A stretch of 59,867 nucleotides of DNA from Catajapyx aquilonaris (lineage: Eukaryota). The stretch is from NCBI GenBank assembly GCA_000934665.2, contig KZ538602.1:1-59867 (forward strand). The letters are read 5' to 3'. The translations under genes were made by a program, and so were the position numbers. Each line of letters opens with the position of its first letter. Position 1 is the first letter of the stretch. Shown here in pieces: positions 52,129-59,867 of this stretch. Under the pieces are notes generated by a model. It was not told where the DNA came from, did not search any database, and saw only the letters and a program-made list of their open reading frames with translations.

Positions 52129-54032
52129 GGTTTGCTCCCCCCCCCCTCCACAATAATAATACATATTCTGGATTCAAGATGGCTCCCAAAGGACCTCAAG
52201 TCCAAAACCTTTAAAAAACAGGTTGAGATCCTAGTACATCATTTTTAGTACATTTTGAAGGCGAAGCAAAGCGCAACAGCTCGGGTCGACAACCCATACG
52301 TGGTTTACGGCGCCGTAAATGAAGTCAAGTGCCAAGCATGAAGGACAAAAAAACCGGATTTTTTTGGCAGTCTTGGCCACCGGACATTTCTTCAATAGTA
52401 CATCATAGTACCAGTGCAGAAGGCATGTCCATTCCGCCAAAAAAATGTGCAAAAAACTTACACATGATTAGCTCTTCACGTGCTACGGGTTATCTCGCTT
52501 GTAATGCCAAACAAGTGTTGTTAAATGGTGCGAGTTTTTACAGATTTTAGTTGGACGCCTCATAAAGTACCCGGAAGGATTGGCATACGTGGTATAGTTG
52601 TGCAAATTTTTTTTGCTGCGCAATTCCGTCCGTTTCACTGCGTTTTTAAAGCCACCTCTCGTAGGATTTGCCTTAAAACCCGGAATTGCACGGCTCTTTT
52701 AGCCTTCTCTGGTCCCCGCCAACAAAATGCAACACTCCACATACTGCATGGTCTCTATTGGGTCGCCAGGGTTATTGCGCTTCGCTTCTTGCTTCCAGGC
52801 TTTGCCCCAATAGACACTGCCCACTTTTTTATAGCCCCAGGTTGCGGCTGGACACCTTGTGTAATCAGGCTTTGCAAAAAAGAGCAATTCATCCGGGACT
52901 AAGCAGGGTTTTTCTTTTTTTAAATGGTGCTCGTATGACTTCACACATTGTGGACCAGAAAGTCACTGCTTTGGTAACCCCTGCTATAAAAAGCCAACCT
53001 GGTAACACTGTCACCATAACACTGAGTGCTTCATAACCCCCTAATGAATACACATCCATGTCGACCTCTAGGGATGTCCATTTTAATATATTAACTTTGC
53101 ATAACTGCATCCATGAAGCTGCGAAAATATTTGTTCCTCAAACTCTGCGGAAAATGGGGTGCCCTGTAGGGAGAAATTGTGGGGCATTTTGACATGTCAG
53201 CATAGCCAAAACCCTCTCCCCCCTTTTCCACTTCAAATATTGGGCTTGGAAATTATTGTAAAATTTTCTTCCCCATAACGCTGTTGTGAAGAGACTTGCC
53301 CTGGAGGAAGTTTATACGGGCGGGGGAAGCATTTCCCCTAACGAGATGTTAAATAGTAGAAAACCGCAATATGTGGCTAAAGAGAAGGTATGGATTTTGG
53401 GTACAAAGGTAGCAGATCATAAGCTCAAATTAGCCTCCAAGAGAGGCGCATTTCAGCTTCAGATCTGCCACATATTTCTGCTTCAATTTTTTTTTCACAA
53501 TACTTACAAAAAAAATGCTTTCAAATTATTGGTAGAAACTTGGTGCAGTATTGTTGTCCTTTCCCTTCCCTCGTCATATATTAGTGGTAACCACACCTCC
53601 CTGGGCGTGAGACTAATGTTATTCCGTCGCCATTGTGGTCAGGCTAATGAAAAGAGATGCTGCTTACAACCTAATTAAACGCAGCAGTGCATTCGGTGTG
53701 CAGTCCGTGGGATGAGTACGATCAGGTGAGGGAAACTGAGCGGATTACTTCTCCGCTAGCTGATACGGGAAATTCGCGCCCCCGGATTATTGGAGAGGGA
53801 GGCCTTCTCCCCCGGAAGAGAAGGGGAGGGAGTAAAGAGAGTTGGGATCTGATCCCATTAGGAAAGGACGAGCGGAGCCTTCTTCAAACGAAATTGGAAC
53901 CAGAAAAAAGGGGGGCCAGCTTATCGATACTACTTAACAACTTTCCCTGCCGATTATTTTGGCAAAAAAAAAAAATTATTTCGGCAACAATAGTCACACA
54001 GACGGTGATAATATTTGATTAAAAGTGTTCGT

Positions 54033-54606
54033 GACCAATCAGGGCCACCCTCTGTGTCTTTCAGCCAATCCAGGCCAGTTTAGCCCCAGCCAATCAGGGC
54101 CATGCTCTTTCCCAGCCAATCCAGGGGCGGTTTTTAGCCCCCAGCCAATCAGAGCCTCGCTTTTTCACAACAAATCAGGGCCAGGTTCTCTCCCAGCCAA
54201 TCCAAGCGCTTTTTAGCCCCATCCAATCAGGGCCGCGGTTTCTTCCAGACAACCTGGGACGTGCCTTCTCCCAGCCAATCCAGAGGCGGGTTTTAGCCCC
54301 CAGCCAATCAGAGCTTCGCTTTCTCACAACAAATCAGGGCCATGCTCTCTCCCAGCCAATCAGGGTCGTGTTCTGTAGTGTCTTTCTGCCAACCAGGGCC
54401 GCGCTTTCTTCCAGCCATTCCAGGAGCGTTTTAGGACCAGCCAATCAGCGCTTCGCTTTTTCACAACAAATCAGGGCCACGTTCTCTCCCAGCCAATCCA
54501 AGCGCTTTTTAGCCCCATCCAATCAGGGCCGCGGTTTCTTCCAGACAACCTGGGACGTGCCTTATCTCAGCCAATCCAGAGGCGGGATTAGGCCCCAGCC
54601 AATCAG
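54033..54606 (+). repeat. CCAAT-box minisatellite, ~26 bp period with a ~159-bp higher-order duplication
   Basis: 15 perfect CCAAT words, mostly CAGCCAATC(A/C); 54145-54304 is repeated at 54441-54599. Confidence 0.93.
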
Positions 54607-55152
54607 NGGGGGGGCGTGCAATTTTCCCGCCAAAACATGGCCGAAATGTGCTGACCCGTAACCGGCCCATTAAAACCGTCCAACAATACATAACAGGTCA
54701 TAAAAGGTATGGGGGGGTTTGGAACAGTAAGCCGGACAATAAACGAGTCACAAAATACTCTGCTAAACATGATGAACGTCAGTTGGGGGACTACACAAAT
54801 AGCTGCTTTTTGGTAGTGTGGCACCACCCATCCACATAATTCAAAATTTGCTGTATATTGACATGAGTTAAAACACGTGCCAATAGCCCGTGGCATTATT
54901 ATATATGGTGTGCGAGTGGCAAAGATGACAGTTCGGCTGGGTATGTGATGATTGCACCCAACCGATCAAAATGGGTTATGTCATAAATCTATTTAAAATC
55001 CAATTAACCCTTAACTAGAGGGAGGTTCAACGGGACGTATACAAAATAGTGCTGGGCTATTCAAGCCTTCAAGCTTTTGGGACACAAACATTTATAGGAT
55101 TATAAAATAACTAAGTTTTGGGCCACAGTAATATTATTTTCGTTCAATTTAT

Positions 55153-55200
55153 TCTAATATATATTAGGCAAAGTTTGTGTTTGTTTGTTTGCCCAAAAAA
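55153..55200 (+). mobile_element. Possible Helitron-like 5' end
   Basis: TCTAATATATATTAGGCAAAGTTTGTGTTTGTTTGTTTG resembles the 5' end read on the minus strand at ~23280. No matching 3' end identified. Confidence 0.35.
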
Positions 55201-57619
55201 CCGGTCCTCCACAAACCCCATACCAAAAATCCCACGCAAGACCTCCTCCCCTGATCCCGCAATGTATCTGCTGACCAACCTCAGCCTGTATAGGATTACA
55301 ATAAAACCCATTTGCACCTGACCGACAAGGTGGTCAAAGTCGTATATTTTTGCACGCGAAAAAAAGAGAGGTCGAGTGACAACACTATACCCCCCCCCCC
55401 CCCGAAGCTCACATTACAGCAGGCCACCCCCTAATCTATCACGTTGGCCCGTCCTTCGTGCCACCCCCCCCCCCCAAAAAAAAAAGAGTTGGCCTAACGC
55501 GGAACTAATTAGCCCACATTAGCGCTTACAAGTGTTGCCAGTCAGAAATGACCGATATTTGCTGACCACTAACTCACCAATTGATCCTTCCCTGCTTTTG
55601 ACATACATTTTTTTGTACACAAAATTTTATACAAATTTTACATTTATGACTGTCTATTTTTTTTGAGACTGACTATATCATTATATTATTTTTCAAGGAA
55701 CAAAATGGGCCAATCTGTGTTGAAAAAAAAGGATCCGGGTTCAATTTCAATGTCCCGGATTCAGGAAGGGTGCAAAAAATATATATAGGTCCAATAACCT
55801 GTTTCCTTCCGGGGTTTCAGTTGGAGGGGGAGGGGGGGGGGGAAAGGAAATACGGGGATTGCAGCAGATTCGGGGCTTGGAATTGGGCATAATGAAGTTC
55901 GTTTCTAATTAGCGCCCGGGTAGTTCTTATATGCAGCCAGAGTCTGAATAAACCGAAGGGACCTACAGGGGGAGGCACAAAGTCACTCCCAACATGCAGA
56001 GTCGGGAGAGAGAGAGAGAAAAACTATGAAATAAAATAGCCTACCAAAAATAAATACTAATAATATTACATTAATTTAAAATAAATCCAACAATCAATAA
56101 ATTATAACATAAATTCAATATAAGTGATAAATTGTAAAATAAATTCAATATTCGATAAAATCCTGAAGATTAACTCAATATTCAATAAAATCATAAAAAT
56201 AAATTCCAAAATCAATGAAATTCTAAAAATAAAATTATTCAATTATCATCATAATAAGTTCAAATTAATTAATTCTCCAAAAATAAGACCCAAGTAAATT
56301 ATTACAATGAAGCAAATAATATTTATGTACGACACTAAATTAAATAATAATGAAATTTACATAGACGTAATGAATGATAGAATTGAAAACTATATCGAAA
56401 ACTATTGGAAAAAATAAATAATAACGAAAATAATAAATGTACGGCACTTAAGTAAATATATAATACTATTTACTTAAGTACTCCTATACTAACTGTAAGT
56501 ACTACTATACAAAAGTATATAGGTAAGTAAAAAATTATCAAATTCCATGGGACAGCAGATTAAGCCAAATCATAGATTTTTTAAAAAAAATCAAAAGTGG
56601 ATATCCTTTGAACGTGTCGTCTCTCTCCGCCTCACCCTGTACAAACCCCGTTTCACTCCTCAAACCGGTTCTAAAATACCGGGCTTTAATATCCGCCCTA
56701 ACTCCCCCCTTCTCCAGAATACAAATCCGCCACCCCCCCCCCCCCNNNNNNNNNNNNNNNNNNNNNNNNNNNNNNNNNNNNNNNNNNNNNNNNNNNNNNN
56801 NNNNNNNNNNNNNNNNCCCCCCCCTTCACCTTCTCTCCCTTTAAAAAAAAAAAAGAGTGAGCATTGAGACGGTCACAAAGGTGCTTAAAGTTGTTCCGAA
56901 GTCAGGGAACTGTAATCGAATATCTCTTTTTATCGTGGGTAGCAATCTCTTTTTTTTTCTTCTTCTTCTGGAGTCTTGAGAAGGGGGGGGTCCACAGAGA
57001 GATTGTTAAAGGAATAGAGAGAGGGGGAGGGGGTGGAGAGAAGGTAATGACTTCATTCTGGACCAAGTGTAGAAGGGTCCTGCTATCAAAACCCTCCCCC
57101 CATTCAGTGTGGGGTGTGCGCCCGTTTTACGACTGCAGAGAGAATAATTTCAAACCTACCCTGGGTCGTATGGGTCGCTACAAATGTGGCCTAACATACC
57201 CCCCCTTGGTCTATAAATAAGACGCCTTTTTTCGGTCCAAACAAACAAGTAGTGTGAAGGGAGAGGGGAGGGGGAGGGGGTCGCTTTATATTCTGGCTGG
57301 ACTTGACCACCCCCTTCCCACCCCTCCAAATCCTGATACCGAGTCTGAATGGACCTCCTGGCATCATATCAAATTCACCTCCGTTCCTGACCCCGGTCTC
57401 CCTCTGGAGGATTTACGGTCGGTGGAGGGTTACGGAGAGGTGAGGAGGACGAAAAAAAAAGAGTCCAGGGCGGATTAGGGTTAGTGGGAGGATAATTCGT
57501 GGTTCATCAACTCTGGTTTGTTGGTATCATGTAACGAGAGATTGTTAGGTCATCAGGGCAGAGATTGGGTACATTGGGGCCGAAAGTGGCGGCCATTTTG
57601 GTTCCAGACGCCATTTTTA

Positions 57620-58920
57620 AACTACGGTTAAACTTAACGGCCGGTTAAGGTTAACCTGACACTTAAACAACAGTTAAGGTTAACATGACACTTAAATGAC
57701 CGATTCAGCTTAACCTAACACTTAAACTGCCGGTTAAACTTCTTAACCAGCAGTTAAGGTAACACTCAAGTGTCTGGTAAGGTTAACATGACGCATAAAT
57801 GACCGATTCAGCTTAACCTGACACTTAAACGGCCGGTTAAACTTCTTAACCAACAGTTAAGGTAACACTCAGGCGTCTGGTAAGGTTAACATGACGCTTA
57901 AATGACTGATTTAGCTTCACCTGACACGTAAACGGTCGATTAAACTTCTTAACTAACAGTTAACGTAACACTCAAGGATCTGTTAAGGTAACACTCAGGC
58001 GTCATGTTAAGGTAACACTCAGGCGTCATGTTAAGGGGCGTCTGTTATGGTTAACATGACTCTTAAATGACCATTCAGCTTAACTTGACACTTAAGTGGC
58101 CGGTTAAACTTAACGTGACACTTCAACAACAGTTCAGGTAACACTCAAACGTAAGTTAAGGTTAACGTGACGCTTAAACAACAGTTAAGGGAACACTCAA
58201 ACGTCAGTTAAGGTTAACATGACGCTTAAATGACCGATTAAAATTAACCTGACACCTAAATCGGCCGATTAAACAACGTGACACTTAAACAACAGTTAAG
58301 GTATCACTCAAGAGTCAGTTAAGGATAACATGATGCTTAAATAGCAGATTAAGCTTAACCTGATACTTAAACAGCCGGTTAAGCTTAACGTGACTCTTAA
58401 ACCCCGGTTAAGTTCAGACACTTTAACTCTAGCTAAGTTTAATGCACACTAAACGCCGGCTATGTGACACTTAAATGCCAGTTGAGGTTAAAGTGATGCT
58501 TAAACGTCCTTTAACGTTAACGTGATGCTAAGCCCCGGTTAAGTAAACGCCAGTTACATTTAATGAATGCTGGTTAAGTTAAACGTGACACTTAAACGCC
58601 AGTTAAGGTTAACGTGATGCTTAAACGCTGGTTAAGTAAATACGACAATTAAACTTCGGTTACGTTACACGTGACAGTTACGCATGGGCACTTAAATGCC
58701 GGTTAAGTATAATGTGACACTGACACTAGTTAAGCAAACGTATCGTTTAAACGCTGGTTAAGTTTATCGTGACACTTAAACGCCAGATATAGGATTAACG
58801 TAGCGCATAAATGTCGGTTAGGCTTAACGCACTGGCAATTAAACGGGCGATGAAGTTAAACATGACATTTAAACACCAGTTTAACGCAAAGCCTGGTTAC
58901 ACTTAGACGGTCACTTAAAA
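57620..58920. repeat. Degenerate GTTAAGGTTAACATGACACTTAAAC satellite
   Basis: Dozens of ~20-25 bp GTTAA/TTAAC-rich units with local ~110-120 bp duplications. Confidence 0.88.
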
Positions 58921-59514
58921 TGTTGGATACCAGTACTGGTACTGCTAAGTTAGAAGTAACTAGTAGTATGACGAAAATTCCACCCCCAGTCTTTAACTAC
59001 TTGATGTCATGTCTGATGTGACTGTTGACCACGCTGTTGATGACCATGCAATGTTATTTTAAACCTGCTGATTGGGACACGGAGGAGACGGAAGTGTCGT
59101 GGGCTGTATCCGTGACCTTGAACTACTGCACGCTCTATTCATGTACAGTAGGCTACATCAGTACTCTAAGGTTACCTGATGAGATTCAAAGCGACTCGTG
59201 TTTGAAACGGACGGTGGGTAGACTTGAACGAAAGGGAACACTTCCGCCATCAACCGGCCACAGCCACAACTTCGAGCAAACCAGCTAATACTACTTGCGA
59301 GCCACTTATTAAAACTAATAAATAACTGGCGCCCAAAATGTTAACTCACACTGACGGGTCGATATGCGCAGTAATGCAGCTCAGCTAATAGCAATCATCA
59401 TTGTTGACCTTGTTGCAGTCAAAGTAACTTAAAATTAAGCAGTAGCCACTTAATAACACTGACATCGCCTTTAAAACCACTACTGAAAGTATAGCCCAGT
59501 GACAACTAATACTA

Positions 59515-59765
59515 ATTTAATAACTAATATTATCCAACACTTAACCACTATTAATAACTAATATTATCAAGAGCTCTTGATATTATCCAACACTTAACCA
59601 CTATTAATAACTAATATTATCAAGAGCTCTTGATATTATCCAACACTTAACCACTATTAATAACTAATATTATCAAGAGCTCTTGATATTATCCAACACT
59701 TAACCACTATTAATAACTAATACTATCCAACACTAATAACTATTATTATCCAACACTATTAACTA
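59515..59765. repeat. Minisatellite, 53 bp unit with internal palindrome
   Basis: TCCAACAC register at 59533, 59586, 59639 and 59692; each full unit holds the perfect palindrome TATCAAGAGCTCTTGATA. Confidence 0.93.
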
Positions 59766-59867
59766 ATACTATCTGTTGTAGTACGATACTAATCGGACTG
59801 TTTCCAGCACTGGTGATCTCGTGGGATTTCCCCCCTCACCGAGGCCGGCCAGTGGGGCGCTCGGGAT

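Noticed and set aside
54033..54606. CRISPR array
   Set aside because: Core only ~9 bp, spacers related and block-duplicated, no cas genes, eukaryotic context.
198..59288. All ORFs in the six-frame track as genes
   Set aside because: All are 140 aa or shorter, many use non-ATG starts, overlap on both strands, lie on repeats or homopolymers, and show no recognisable domain.
59515..59765. CRISPR-like palindromic repeats
   Set aside because: Intervening sequences are identical, so this is a plain tandem repeat.
1..59867. Known conserved miRNAs (miR-10, miR-993, iab-4, let-7, miR-133, miR-92)
   Set aside because: Only seed-length partial matches seen by eye (e.g. TGAGGTAGT ~15937, TTTGGTCCCC ~26449, ATTGCACTTGTC ~34233) without full mature sequence or hairpin; not an exhaustive search.

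Overview
This looks like eukaryotic (animal) non-coding DNA, intronic or intergenic. An arthropod-like origin is suggested only weakly, by TTAGG tracts and a Ruka/Nin-like SINE. I find no credible protein-coding gene, rRNA, true tRNA or CRISPR array; the ORF track is short ORFs over repeats and low-complexity DNA. GC-richer unique islands (poly-G/C, GA tracts, TAAT/TTTAT and CCGGA motifs) alternate with AT-rich minisatellite blocks. Small non-autonomous mobile elements are dense: two Tc1/mariner-type MITE families (2 copies each), two hAT-type MITEs with 8-bp TSDs, a CACT-ended foldback, a three-arm CAGGGAGCATATAC foldback, a tRNA-derived SINE family (2 copies with TSDs), a Nin/Deu-like SINE and several short Helitron-like elements. 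I cannot support a new protein-based system. The best leads are structural: (i) many near-spacerless DNA palindromes together with an excess of TAGGCCTA/TAGCCTA words, possibly hairpin-type excision footprints; (ii) a ~26-bp-period array of 15 CCAAT boxes; (iii) different minisatellites sharing an AACTGCTA core; (iv) a duplicated element with inverted B-box-like arms. All coordinates and counts were read by eye.
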